From an uncultured Verrucomicrobiae bacterium (GTDB taxonomy: Bacteria > Verrucomicrobiota > Verrucomicrobiia > Chthoniobacterales > JAFAMB01): DNA of 64,000 nucleotides. Location of the stretch: NCBI GenBank assembly GCA_963813025.1, contig CAWEXO010000001.1:128001-192000 (forward strand). Direction: 5' to 3'. The notes beneath the pieces were generated by a model, which did no database searches, was not told the DNA's origin, and was given only the letters and a program-made list of their open reading frames with translations. Every line of letters begins with the position of its first letter. The stretch's first letter is position 1. Both the position numbers and the translations under genes were made by a program. Of the stretch, positions 9,853-19,026 are shown piece after piece.

Positions 9853-10039
9853 CGGCTAAGCCGATCGCAAATCACAAATCGCAAACTTAACCTCGTGAAT
9901 CTCCTGCTGGGATCCGAGCGCGTTAATTCCTGCGATTAGCAGCGCGATTGAAGCAGGCATCCCAGTGGTGTGTGTCGATGCGATGTCCCTAACAGTAAAC
10001 GCTTTTCCTGTTTGACGTGTCCGCCATAGCCGCAATCAA

Positions 10040-10115
10040 ATGGTCAAGCGGGAGCTTGCCCCTACCGACCTCGGGGGTTGCGGGACAAGCTTTAAATTCT
10101 CACCCTACCGGCACA
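10040..10115. repeat. Partial GTAG-type REP and MITE right end
   Basis: GGTCAAGCGGGAGCTTGCCCCTACC followed by TTGCGGGACA...TAAATTCTCACCCTACCGG, matching the other composite copies. Confidence 0.65.
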
Positions 10116-10149
10116 GAACCAGCGATACGACACGTTGTAAGGCAGCCTC

Positions 10150-10632
10150 TTATTCCTGGTCGTAGGCCCGCTGTAAGCCTTCGATGTTCAGTTTATCCAT
10201 CTTCAGCATCGCCTGCATGACGCGGTTGGCTTTCGCGGCGTCTTCGTCCTGCAACAACTTGCCGAGAATAGACGGGACCACTTGCCAGGTCACACCGTAT
10301 TTGTCTGTCAGCCAACCGCATTGTCGCTTTCTTCCGCCCTCGGAAAGCCTCTCCCACAGGTCGTCGACCTCGTCTTGAGTCTCACAGTTCACAAAGAAGG
10401 AGATGGCCTCCGAAAAGCTGAATTCAGGGCCGCCGTTCAGAGCAAAGAATTCCTGCCCATCGAGCTCGAAGATCACCGACATGACCGTGCCCGGTGTTCC
10501 GGGACCCGCATCGCCATAATGGCTAACGCTCACAATCTTCGAATTTTTGAAGACCGAAACATAAAAGGCGGCCGCCTCTTCGGCCTGGTCGTCGAACCAC
10601 AGGAACGGGGTGATTTTTTGTCGCTTATTCAT
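10150..10632 (-). CDS. VOC family protein (PhnB/3-demethylubiquinone-9 3-methyltransferase-like)
   Basis: QKITPFLWFDDQAEEAAAFY, LNGGPEF, CGWLTDKYGVTWQVVP. Confidence 0.9.
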   Translation of the reverse strand: MNKRQKITPFLWFDDQAEEAAAFYVSVFKNSKIVSVSHYGDAGPGTPGTVMSVIFELDGQEFFALNGGPEFSFSEAISFFVNCETQDEVDDLWERLSEGGRKRQCGWLTDKYGVTWQVVPSILGKLLQDEDAAKANRVMQAMLKMDKLNIEGLQRAYDQE

Positions 10633-10759
10633 CTTCATTTTCCGATTTGTTTCCAAACAAGTTCGTTGATCGTTTCTAAAGGCCAAATCGAGGTGACGAA
10701 GGTCAATAACCTGGGGGCCGGCGAAACCCGCCGGTTATCGGTGACAGGGCATAGGCGGT

Positions 10760-10934
10760 TGCGAGAAGCCCGGGCCAGAGCTCTTTCGGCATCGATGATG
10801 ACGACCGCGTTCAGCGCCTGATTGTGTTTTTCGATCTGGATCAAATGGGCCTGCAAAACCTCCACTGCCGAGATCTGCCTTGCCCGGATCGACGCCGCCA
10901 ACTCGATCGTACTGGAGACTACCGGATCCGTCAT
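10760..10934 (-). pseudogene. Amidase (amidase-signature family) N-terminal fragment
   Basis: STIELAASIRARQISAVEVLQAHLIQIEKHNQALNAVV...ALARA; similarity ends after ~56 aa. Confidence 0.75.
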
Positions 10935-11029
10935 CTTTGCTCTGCCCTGCCTTTTCCTTGTTTTCCACGTCCTCTGACAAGAAACCTTCTTGTTCTCTTT
11001 CGGAAGGACTGACAGAGGACCGGCTTACT

Positions 11030-11325
11030 GGGCCTGTCGGACTTTGAGTTATCTGTGGCCCACGCGATTGAGCTATGGTTCGGAAGGGAGGTTAGAGACT
11101 TGTTCCAACGCATCTTTGATCCTGTGTCGGTAGGGCGAAAACTTGTTTGAGCCGCCTGGAGCGGGTGGCTCACCCCAGCGTCCGGCTCAAACAAGTTCTC
11201 GCTAATGCTCGAATAAATTTTTGCCCTACCGGCACAGGACAGTACGGCACTCTGAGACCATCTCTAACTTTCGCGCGGGCAATCCCTCGATGGCGTACCG
11301 CAGATTCCCAAAGTCCGACACGCCC
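11030..11325. mobile_element. MITE-like palindromic element with GGGCSTGTCGGACT termini, a 5-bp TTACT duplication and an internal GTAG REP doublet
   Basis: GGGCCTGTCGGACTTTG ... CAAAGTCCGACACGCCC; TTACT at 11025-11029 and 11326-11330; internal CGGTAGGGCGAAAA...TTTTGCCCTACCG. Confidence 0.75.
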
Positions 11326-11483
11326 TTACTGGCGGGGTTCATTGTTTCGACGTATTGACACCGTCCGGTCAGGACATTGTTTGCCATCTTTTTTGCGGAA
11401 AAAAATCCTGACTTGACATGTCACGGAGCCGGCGAGATTCGCTCGGAGTCGTGGCGAAGCTCGCCGAAAAACGAGATGGAAAA

Positions 11484-12249
11484 ATGATCGCTGTGCAAAA
11501 CTTTCAAGCTGCACTGGCAGTGCTCCTTTTCGGAATGGCCGCCCCTGTCATCGGTCAGCAACCAGTCGACAAAAGCGCGCCGAACGATCGTAACACGGAC
11601 TTGCAGTTCGACTTTTCAGTCACGAATACCGGGAAACGAGGGACTTATCGGATTATCCGGCTGGATACTGGCGAGACTTTGGCGACGGGATTAGTTGGGC
11701 GAGACGTTTCGCCACATACGACCTTGCTGAACGAATTTAAGGCTGCGGGTCTGCCTGCGCGTACACCTGTGATCATTCAGGTCCGAGGTGCCGACGGGTC
11801 ATGGTCGACCGTGGACAGTATCGAAGTCCATTATCCTCCGGAGCCGAGCGACTCCCAACGGTATCTCAGATGACGCCGGCTATCGTGGGAACTTTAAAGT
11901 GCCCGATCTTTCCACACCATCCCCTACGCCTGCCGCCAGTCCAAGTCCGAATCCTAGCGCTACTCCCAGTCCAAGTCCGAATCCTAGCGCTACTCCCAAT
12001 CCAAGTCCGAATCCTAGCGCTACTCCTGTTCCAAAGCGTACCAGTGCCGCCTCACAACCCCGTGAATCGGCGATCCGAGCACAAAACGGGACAAATGCGA
12101 ACGCCAATACAGGTTCACATTTGGGCCCAGGCCCTGTTCGCTACGGCTCAGATGAAGAGGTTGTCTCGCAACATGGCCTCGACCCTGCTCCGGTAGGCGA
12201 AAATTTATCCGACGTGTTCGCCGAAGCTTTAGCGGAAGAGAAGCCTTAG
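11484..12249 (+). CDS. Putative secreted protein with a Pro/Ser/Thr linker; frameshift near 11845; C-terminus runs into a repeat
   Basis: Signal-like AALAVLLFGMAAPVIG, beta-rich domain, then (PSPNPSATPx)x3 in the next frame. Confidence 0.55.
11941..12026 (+). repeat. 30-bp tandem repeat x3 encoding PSPNPSATP(S/N)
   Basis: CCAAGTCCGAATCCTAGCGCTACTCC at 11941, 11971 and 12001. Confidence 0.9.
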
Positions 12250-12350
12250 CGAGGAGTCGTTTGAGCCGGATATACGGGATGTGCCACACCTCCAAGATGG
12301 CTCAAACAAGTTCTCGCTGACGCTTGTCCGCCAAGGCGGATCGCCCTACC
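12153..12350. repeat. Partial composite MITE/REP element
   Basis: TTGTCTCGCAACATGGCCTC, CCGGTAGGCGAAAATTTATCC ... GGCTCAAACAAGTTCTCGCT ... GGATCGCCCTACC. Confidence 0.8.
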
Positions 12351-12448
12351 AGCACAAAGCCAAAGAATGTTCCGAGACGCTCTTTGAATTCTTCGCCTGG
12401 CAATTCCCGCCGCAGAACCCGCTCCCTCCCGTTCCACCGCTCGCCTTC

Positions 12449-13453
12449 CTACTTCGCTCGTTTCAGTGCGAGCCGGCAGATTTCTTCGCAAAGCTGCGGG
12501 AAAGGAATTCCGACCGCCGCTGCTGACTTCGGGAGTAAGCTGGTCGCGGTCATACCAGGAAGCGTATTCGCTTCGAGACACCAGATTGCACCTTTGGGAT
12601 CGAGTCGAAAATCGATCCGACTATAGTCTCGCAGCTTCAGTGCCCGATGCGCCCGCAGCGCTATTTCCTGAAAACGGCTCGTGAGTTGTTCCGAAATATC
12701 TGCGGGGAAAATCTCAATAGCGCCGTCCGGTTGATATTTGCTCTCGTAATCGAAAATCTCGGATCTGGTTGGCACTATTTCGCCGACCGCCAAAGCGCGT
12801 TCACCCAGGATCCCAACCGTAAATTCGCGTCCCGGCACAAACGATTCCAGAATGACCTCGTTGTCGTGACGGTAGGCTTCGTCGATCGCGGGCAGACATT
12901 GATCAAGCGCCCGAACGATGGTGAGGCCCACCGTCGACCCCTGCTTGTTCGGCTTTACAACCAATGGCAAGTCCAGACAGGCGATCGCTTTGGCTGGATC
13001 GACCGGCGCCATCAGCCAGCGCGGTGTCGCGACATCGGCGGCAAGGAACAGCCTTTTCGCCAGGTCCTTGTCCATCGCAGCCGCGCTGCCGACCTGGTCG
13101 CTTCCGGTGTAGAGAACCCCGGCCGCGTTGAAGACGGCCTGGATCGTCCCATCCTCACCGGCCCCGCCGTGCAGGGCAAGGAACACGACGTCCGCGTCCA
13201 CAAAATAAGATGGTTGCACGATCGCGCCGGTCTTCGCCCGGATCACTTGCAACTCCCCTTCGGTCGGCGGTTCCGGAGCGACTCCCTGAGAAAGCAAAAT
13301 TTCCTGGGCTTTCTCATCGAGAACACCGCGGTAAGTGTCGACCGCCAGAACCTGGTGCCCACCTTCGCGCAAGGCCTTTGCCACCTGTCCCCCGCTGGCA
13401 ATCGAGACATCCCGTTCCGAACTGTTTCCGCCAAAAAGTACTGCGACTTTCAT
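12449..13453 (-). CDS. ddl: D-alanine--D-alanine ligase
   Basis: VLFGGNSSERDVS, ALHGGAGEDGTIQ, MDK, VKPNKQGST, FDYESKY, RIDF, EANTLPGMT. Confidence 0.95.
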   Translation of the reverse strand: MKVAVLFGGNSSERDVSIASGGQVAKALREGGHQVLAVDTYRGVLDEKAQEILLSQGVAPEPPTEGELQVIRAKTGAIVQPSYFVDADVVFLALHGGAGEDGTIQAVFNAAGVLYTGSDQVGSAAAMDKDLAKRLFLAADVATPRWLMAPVDPAKAIACLDLPLVVKPNKQGSTVGLTIVRALDQCLPAIDEAYRHDNEVILESFVPGREFTVGILGERALAVGEIVPTRSEIFDYESKYQPDGAIEIFPADISEQLTSRFQEIALRAHRALKLRDYSRIDFRLDPKGAIWCLEANTLPGMTATSLLPKSAAAVGIPFPQLCEEICRLALKRAK

Positions 13454-13499
13454 CGCGCGCAGTTTGAGTTACGATCGGCCGAGAGAAAGCAGAAAAGCG

Positions 13500-13670
13500 C
13501 CCCGAGTTGCGGGTCCCGAGTCCCGAGTGGCGAGTCCCGAGTCTCGGGTGGAGAGTCACGAGCAGCGAGCGGCGTGCTGTACCCTCCCGTCTTTTGTGGT
13601 TAGTTAGAAGGCATGCAGCATCGGATTGGCGACCCGGGACTCGGGACTAGAGACTCGAGACCCGGGACTC
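13500..13670. repeat. Heptamer runs (CGAGTCC-like and the complementary GGGACTC-like) flanking the divergent ddl/ADH intergenic region
   Basis: Runs at 13501-13558 and 13630-13670. Confidence 0.8.
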
Positions 13671-13674
13671 TTCC

Positions 13675-14793
13675 ATGAAAGCTGCCGTCCTCGCCAAAGC
13701 TGGAGCCGCTCGGCCTTACGCCGAGTCGAAACCCTTGTGCATAACCGACGTAACGCTCGATGCGCCCCGGTTCGGCGAATTGCTTGTCCGGATCGAAGCG
13801 GTTGGCCTTTGTCATTCCGATCTCTCGGTCATCAATGGTGATCGCCCGTGGCCATTGCCGCTCGTTCTGGGTCATGAAGCGGCTGGACGCGTGGTCGAGT
13901 GCGGCTCAGAAGTGACTGCGTTTCGTCCGGGCGATCACGTTGTCCTGACCTTTGTCCCCTCGTGTGGCGCCTGCCCGTCGTGCGCCGCCGGTCGACCTGG
14001 ACTCTGCGAACCAGCGTTGACCGCCAACCGCGCGGGAACACTGCTTTCGGGCGAACGGCGCTTGCATCTCGGTGAAACAACCTTGAATCATCATATCGGC
14101 GTTTCGGGTTTTGCCGAGTATGCCGTCGTCTCCCAGCATTCCGCGGTGAAAGTGGATGAGGATTTGCCCAGCGCCGAAGCGGCTCTTTTCGGATGCGCGG
14201 TTTTGACCGGTGTCGGCGCGGTCATCAATACCGCTAAGGTACCCGCCGGTTCCTCGGTCGCCGTAGTCGGCCTCGGGGGAGTGGGGTTGAATGCGATTCT
14301 CGCCGCGTCATTGGTTGGCGCACGCACGATTATTGCCGTGGACATCAACCCCCAAAAACTGGCACTGGCCGCACAACTTGGCGCAACCAAAACATGGGCC
14401 GCCGGTCAACCGGACACTATCGCCGAGATTCGCGAGTTTACCGGCGGCGGCGTCGAATATGCCTTTGAGATGGCTGGCAGCAGCGCTGCATTAGAACTCG
14501 CGTATGCGATCACGCGACGCGGAGGCATGACCGTAACGGCTGGCCTTCCCCACCCGGATCAACGGTTCGCGCTCTCGCCGGCGATGCTGGTTGGCGAGGA
14601 ACGAACTCTCCGCGGGAGTTACATCGGCTCGGCGGTTCCCCTGCGTGATATTCCCCGCTACATCGCGCTCTATCGTCAAGGCAAACTGCCGGTGAACCGC
14701 ATCGTGACACGGCAACTGTCTCTGGAAGAGCTCAATGAAGGGTTCGATCAACTCGCCGAGGGCAAGGTCGCGCGGCAGGTGGCGGTGCTGTGA
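13675..14793 (+). CDS. Zinc-dependent alcohol dehydrogenase (class III-like MDR)
   Basis: GLCHSD, GHE, CGACPSC...LC, FGCAVLTG, GLGGVG. Confidence 0.92.
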   Translation: MKAAVLAKAGAARPYAESKPLCITDVTLDAPRFGELLVRIEAVGLCHSDLSVINGDRPWPLPLVLGHEAAGRVVECGSEVTAFRPGDHVVLTFVPSCGACPSCAAGRPGLCEPALTANRAGTLLSGERRLHLGETTLNHHIGVSGFAEYAVVSQHSAVKVDEDLPSAEAALFGCAVLTGVGAVINTAKVPAGSSVAVVGLGGVGLNAILAASLVGARTIIAVDINPQKLALAAQLGATKTWAAGQPDTIAEIREFTGGGVEYAFEMAGSSAALELAYAITRRGGMTVTAGLPHPDQRFALSPAMLVGEERTLRGSYIGSAVPLRDIPRYIALYRQGKLPVNRIVTRQLSLEELNEGFDQLAEGKVARQVAVL

Positions 14794-14831
14794 GGCGGAG
14801 ACCAGTGCCGGTACCAGTTGGCAGCGAGAAG

Positions 14832-14900
14832 TGCAGGAGTTACAGGAGTTGCAGGAGTCGAAGGAGTCAGGAGGAGCCGGCCATCGGTCATCGGCCATCG
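14832..14900. repeat. 9-bp CAGGAGTTR-type tandem run plus a CGGCCAT/CGGTCAT heptamer run
   Basis: Reverse complement of the 5041 unit, between convergent genes. Confidence 0.8.
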
Positions 14901-14927
14901 CTCATTCCTTTTAGCGCGCTTTTGGCG

Positions 14928-15530
14928 CTAAAAGGCCAGGACCCCGCGAGCGATCGCTTCCGCAATCCGTTGGCGATAGGCCGGATTGAGCGCTCGCGCA
15001 GCTTCGGCGCGATTGGTTAGAAAACCACACTCGACCAGGACCGCCGGTAACCGGTTGCGCCGCAGCACCCAGAAACCGCGCCGCCGGATCCCGCGATCAA
15101 CGGTATTCATCGCACGGATGACCCTCGGATGAATCAGACCCGCCAGCCGATAAGATCGCGCGCTGTAATAGTAAGTCTCGATGCCGTAAGCGCTCTCCCG
15201 CGGCCCGGCGTTATAGTGAATCGACACAAACACACCACGCGGACCGCCATAAGCATTGGCGATGCCGGTGCGCTCGTCGAGCGTCACGAAGCGGTCAACC
15301 GAGCGAGTCATGATCGTCCGAACCTGGCCGGAGGCGCGCAAAATACGGTTCAGTCGAAGGGCGGTATCGAGCGTTAAATTTTTCTCGCCAATCCTCTGGC
15401 CGGGCATTCCGCCCCGATCGAATCCGCCATGACCCGGATCAATAACCACAACGCGTGGAATAGCCAGAGCCGCACCGTTGGTGAACAGCAGACAGAAGAA
15501 AACGGTGGACAACAAAACAGCTCGGACCAT
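14928..15530 (-). CDS. N-acetylmuramoyl-L-alanine amidase (Amidase_3) with signal peptide
   Basis: VVIDPGHGG, EKNLTL, FVSIHYNA, PAVLVECGFLTN. Confidence 0.92.
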   Translation of the reverse strand: MVRAVLLSTVFFCLLFTNGAALAIPRVVVIDPGHGGFDRGGMPGQRIGEKNLTLDTALRLNRILRASGQVRTIMTRSVDRFVTLDERTGIANAYGGPRGVFVSIHYNAGPRESAYGIETYYYSARSYRLAGLIHPRVIRAMNTVDRGIRRRGFWVLRRNRLPAVLVECGFLTNRAEAARALNPAYRQRIAEAIARGVLAF

Positions 15531-15539
15531 GCGCGGATA

Positions 15540-16208
15540 CTATATTGCGCAAGCAATCGAAATGTCCGTTTGCGAGACCTTCTTGTACCATTCCCGCGAT
15601 TTCCGAACAATCGCTGCTTCCATGCGCTGGTCCAGTGGCACACGATGTTTTCGGACACTGCAACCACACTGAAAAAGGGTGTCCTCAAGCGTCTTCGCTT
15701 CCTCGAGCAAGGCCTCCGGATCTTTTTCTCCCGTAAAGAGAAGTACAGGATAACACGGAAGGGCAGGGAGCGGTTTGGGCCGAAAAGGATTGCATGGACG
15801 AATCAGGATCGCGCCCCCAAGAAGCTCCGAATGGACAAACAGCAGGGCAGCAGCCAACGTGGCCCCTTCGCCCAGACCGAGACAAAGCAGGCGTTGCGGG
15901 TTGATCCCATACTCCGGCGCGGCCCAGTCCAGGAAACGCGAGATATGTGTGCCGCGATCCAGGAAAAGCGTCTCAGTCAGTTCGGGATCAGCGGAGAGGA
16001 ACGAAAATCCTCCGGGCCGCGGATACCATCCGCGGAGAGAGAGAATACCGTCGCCCGAATCCCCGACAATCCCCTGGGCCATGGACATGAGCTGGCTTTC
16101 GTCCGCGCCAGAATCGTGCAAAAGCAAAAGACCGGGCCGCGGCTCCGCGCCTCGTTCTCCAGCGAACAAATGTGCGCAGGTGTTGCCCTCTTTCTTTGTA
16201 AAGTCCAT
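15540..16208 (-). CDS. Alpha/beta hydrolase (YpfH/MhqD-like) with degenerate catalytic motifs
   Basis: LLLLHDSGADE, LSLRG, GLGEGATLAA, VLLFTGEKDP. Confidence 0.7.
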   Translation of the reverse strand: MDFTKKEGNTCAHLFAGERGAEPRPGLLLLHDSGADESQLMSMAQGIVGDSGDGILSLRGWYPRPGGFSFLSADPELTETLFLDRGTHISRFLDWAAPEYGINPQRLLCLGLGEGATLAAALLFVHSELLGGAILIRPCNPFRPKPLPALPCYPVLLFTGEKDPEALLEEAKTLEDTLFQCGCSVRKHRVPLDQRMEAAIVRKSREWYKKVSQTDISIACAI

Positions 16209-16346
16209 AGGCCGGAATGTAACCTGACCTGTAACACTTGCGGGATGCCAAAAGCAAATCGGGTGCTCCCAACTGCTCCCCCCTTCGCCCTCGCTTCGCT
16301 CGGAGCTACGGCGGGCAGGGAAGCCGCGTAAAGTACGGACGAGACT

Positions 16347-16665
16347 GGGCCTGTCGGACTTTGGAAATCTGTAAGTACGCCATTCAAGCGATTGGTCGCG
16401 CGAGGTTCTAGAGATCGTCCCAGAATGCCCCCTGTCCTGCGTCGGTAGGGCGAAAAATTATTCGAGCCCCAGGCGAGAACTTGTTTGAGCATCTGGAGCG
16501 GGTGGCTCACCCAAGCGTCCGGCTCAAACAAGTTCTCGCTAAGGCTCGAATAAATTTTCGCCCTACCGCCACAGGACCAAAGACGCCTTGGGACATCCCT
16601 CGAACCTCTCTTCCGAACCATAGCTCGATGGCGCGTGCTACAGATTTCCAAAGTCCGACAGACGC
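16347..16665. mobile_element. TGTCGGACT-terminal MITE-like palindrome containing a GTAG REP doublet
   Basis: TGTCGGACTTTGGAAATCTGTA ... TACAGATTTCCAAAGTCCGACA (22-bp inverted repeat); inner CGGTAGGGCGAAAA ... TTTTCGCCCTACCG. Confidence 0.8.
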
Positions 16666-16812
16666 GAGGTTGTCCAGCCTGCGCCGAAGCTTTTTGCTGG
16701 CGAAGCGCGCGCCGTAGCCTTGCGGAGGTAGCCTATTCATCCAGATCGAGACGTGATCCAACACGCAAGAGGTCAAGCAGCGCCGGCCAAGGTACGGACG
16801 AGGCCGTCCGCC

Positions 16813-17823
16813 CTACTTCTTTTCGCGCAAGGCTGTTGTTTCCGCCGGCCGAAGCAGTTTCCACGCGTCAGTGAACATGTTCTTCGGAAAACCCAGGGCT
16901 CTGGTCAGCTGGTATTTTTTCTGCAGCGGATTCTTCTGGCGCCTGATCGAGTGAAACTCATCGGCGGAAATCCAGCGGCACAACCATGCCCAGACCGCGG
17001 TAGCCAGGACCGGATAATCGCTGCCATAAAAAACGCGGCGCGGATCGTCCCGCAATCGAGCGAGAGTGTTCAAGTGGGTTGGTTGGGAGAGCGCTGAAAG
17101 ATCGCCGTAAAAATTTGGGTAGCGCTCTCGAAGTTGGGCAAACTCCGGCCAATAGTCACGATCCCAAGGCATTGCCGGACTGCCGCAATGCGCCGCGATA
17201 ACGTTCATGCCGGCTGCCAACGGACCAATTAGACAGGCGGGATTCTCGAGATCCCGCCGGTAGGTCGTCAGCGAAAATTCGCCTCCGGTGTGCGCCAGCA
17301 ACGGCAAACCCAGCTCGGCCGCGCGCTGCCAGAACCGGCAGGAGCGCGGCTCACCCGGATCAATCATTTGCACCGATGGCAGGATCTTCAGCAACACCGC
17401 TCCACCCTCCGCACAGCGCTCAAGCTCGTCCAGCGCATCGGGACGCGAGGGATGGATCGAGACCCCGGCAAGCAACTCCGGATTCTCGGCCGCAACCTTC
17501 AGCACGTAGTCATTGGGGACAAAAAGGGTGGACAAATCCGGGCGCGCCTTGCCCTGCTCATCGTGAACATCATCACACGCGAGAATCACAGCGGAAGACA
17601 GCGAAGAGTCGCGGATCCAATGCAGCAAAGCATCAACGTACGCCTGGTCGAACGCACGCGAGTCCAGGGCCATGTCCAACCCGATACTTCGCGCAATCAG
17701 ACCGGCGAACGGTTTGAACCACAAGCGCCCTTGGAAACGGCATCCCGACCCTTGCAAACCGTTGCCAACCAAATGCACATGCAGGTCAAGTATCCTTTGT
17801 TCCGCCACTGGTTCACCGGTCAT
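16813..17823 (-). CDS. Amidohydrolase family protein (Amidohydro_2)
   Basis: DLHVH, SIHP, LAHTGGE, IAAHCG, YGSDYP. Confidence 0.88.
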   Translation of the reverse strand: MTGEPVAEQRILDLHVHLVGNGLQGSGCRFQGRLWFKPFAGLIARSIGLDMALDSRAFDQAYVDALLHWIRDSSLSSAVILACDDVHDEQGKARPDLSTLFVPNDYVLKVAAENPELLAGVSIHPSRPDALDELERCAEGGAVLLKILPSVQMIDPGEPRSCRFWQRAAELGLPLLAHTGGEFSLTTYRRDLENPACLIGPLAAGMNVIAAHCGSPAMPWDRDYWPEFAQLRERYPNFYGDLSALSQPTHLNTLARLRDDPRRVFYGSDYPVLATAVWAWLCRWISADEFHSIRRQKNPLQKKYQLTRALGFPKNMFTDAWKLLRPAETTALREKK

Positions 17824-17983
17824 ATTTCACGCCCCGCCCGCGCGGTCCGAGCCGGACTGGCAGCAGGAGGAAGCATATCTGAAGCGATGCGTGACCGACG
17901 AGCAACGCCGCCGCTGGCCCATTTTCAACGCAACCTTTTGGACCGCGGCGACGTCATCCGTATGTGCGAGACGGTGCACTAGC

Positions 17984-18328
17984 TCAACGGTGTGATCCGC
18001 CGCGACCACCACCGCCACGCGGGCCGCCTCCGCCGAACCCGTGAAAGCTGCCGCGATTTCCTCCTTCGTGAGCCGCGAAATGGCGAACACCGAAGCTATG
18101 CGGATAGAAATGGTGGTACCCGAAATGACTCGGATAGCGATTGTTATTGATCACCAGATCCGCGCCATAGTAGGAACCGTAGTCAGGATAGTACGGACCG
18201 TACCCTCCCAGATAGGGGCCGGCGTAGGCGCCACCAACATACGCGCCGCCTACCGAGTAATCACCCTCGCACCCGGTAAAAAGCAAAGCTGCTGACGCAG
18301 CTGCCGCAAAGAGGAGCCTCGTTTTCAT
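17984..18328 (-). CDS. Small Gly/Tyr-rich putative lipoprotein
   Basis: MKTRLLFAAAASAALLFTGC lipobox; Gly-rich tail. Confidence 0.7.
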   Translation of the reverse strand: MKTRLLFAAAASAALLFTGCEGDYSVGGAYVGGAYAGPYLGGYGPYYPDYGSYYGADLVINNNRYPSHFGYHHFYPHSFGVRHFAAHEGGNRGSFHGFGGGGPRGGGGRGGSHR

Positions 18329-18355
18329 GAAATCTGTTAACTTGTGGGGAGGCTT

Positions 18356-18886
18356 CTATCGCCGGCTCATACGAAAATTAGTCGCTTGGTCAAAAGCCTG
18401 CTTCTCTTGGGGCGTTAGTTCGGTGTAATGCGCCCGGAGCGTGTAACCGCCGACTAAGACTCCATCTCGGACATACATCCAATCGGAGATTTCATTCGGA
18501 TTAACCGAAACGAGATCTCCCATTTTCAGCCGGGTTATCTTTCGCGGTTGGTTATCAAGCCGTCCCTGAAACCGATTGCCCACAAACCGCACATCGGTCA
18601 GCCAGATATGCTCGACCTGGCCGTTTTCATAGCATGGCTTTTTCACGGCAAAATCAGTGTCAGTCGCGGTCGGATGCTGCAGCGCGGCAATGAACTTCCC
18701 GACGCTTCGCCGTGCCCGAATCACGGCTTGATGCATTGCCGCGTGGTCTGCCGGGACCTGAAACATCGGTGTTGTTCCCTTTTCCGCCTCCGCGGATTCC
18801 CCGACTAGATTTGTGGCAGAAAGAGAGCCAGCACCGGCGAGCGTCAAGCCGATCGTCACGATCGACATATTAAAGAACCTTCTCAT
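18356..18886 (-). CDS. DUF2314 (YegJ-like) secreted protein
   Basis: AMHQAVIRAR, FAVK, EHIWL, GRLDNQP, ISDWMY..DGVLVGGYT. Confidence 0.85.
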   Translation of the reverse strand: MRRFFNMSIVTIGLTLAGAGSLSATNLVGESAEAEKGTTPMFQVPADHAAMHQAVIRARRSVGKFIAALQHPTATDTDFAVKKPCYENGQVEHIWLTDVRFVGNRFQGRLDNQPRKITRLKMGDLVSVNPNEISDWMYVRDGVLVGGYTLRAHYTELTPQEKQAFDQATNFRMSRR

Positions 18887-19026
18887 ATCAGAGAATAGTT
18901 CCATCCATGCCGCTCGCAATCGGGGATTCACCGCGTGATCGATACTATGGGCGACGAGTCTTCGCCGACGGGAGAGAAAGGAAGGGGAGTTCACCGCGTT
19001 GAGGCGCGGACATTGCTGTCGCACAT

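Noticed and set aside
12449..13453. Van-type glycopeptide resistance ligase
   Set aside because: The omega loop DYESKY is of the D-Ala-D-Ala type, and no vanH/vanX/vanRS genes are adjacent
12647..13603. Long antisense and alternative-frame ORFs (also 15429-16331, 17290-17982, 54019-54711)
   Set aside because: Shadow ORFs of real genes in GC-rich DNA, with no recognisable motifs
15977..16651. ORFs recurring with similar peptides (MNFRPTG..., RLKQVLA...)
   Set aside because: Translations of the palindromic repeats in inconsistent frames; not a protein family
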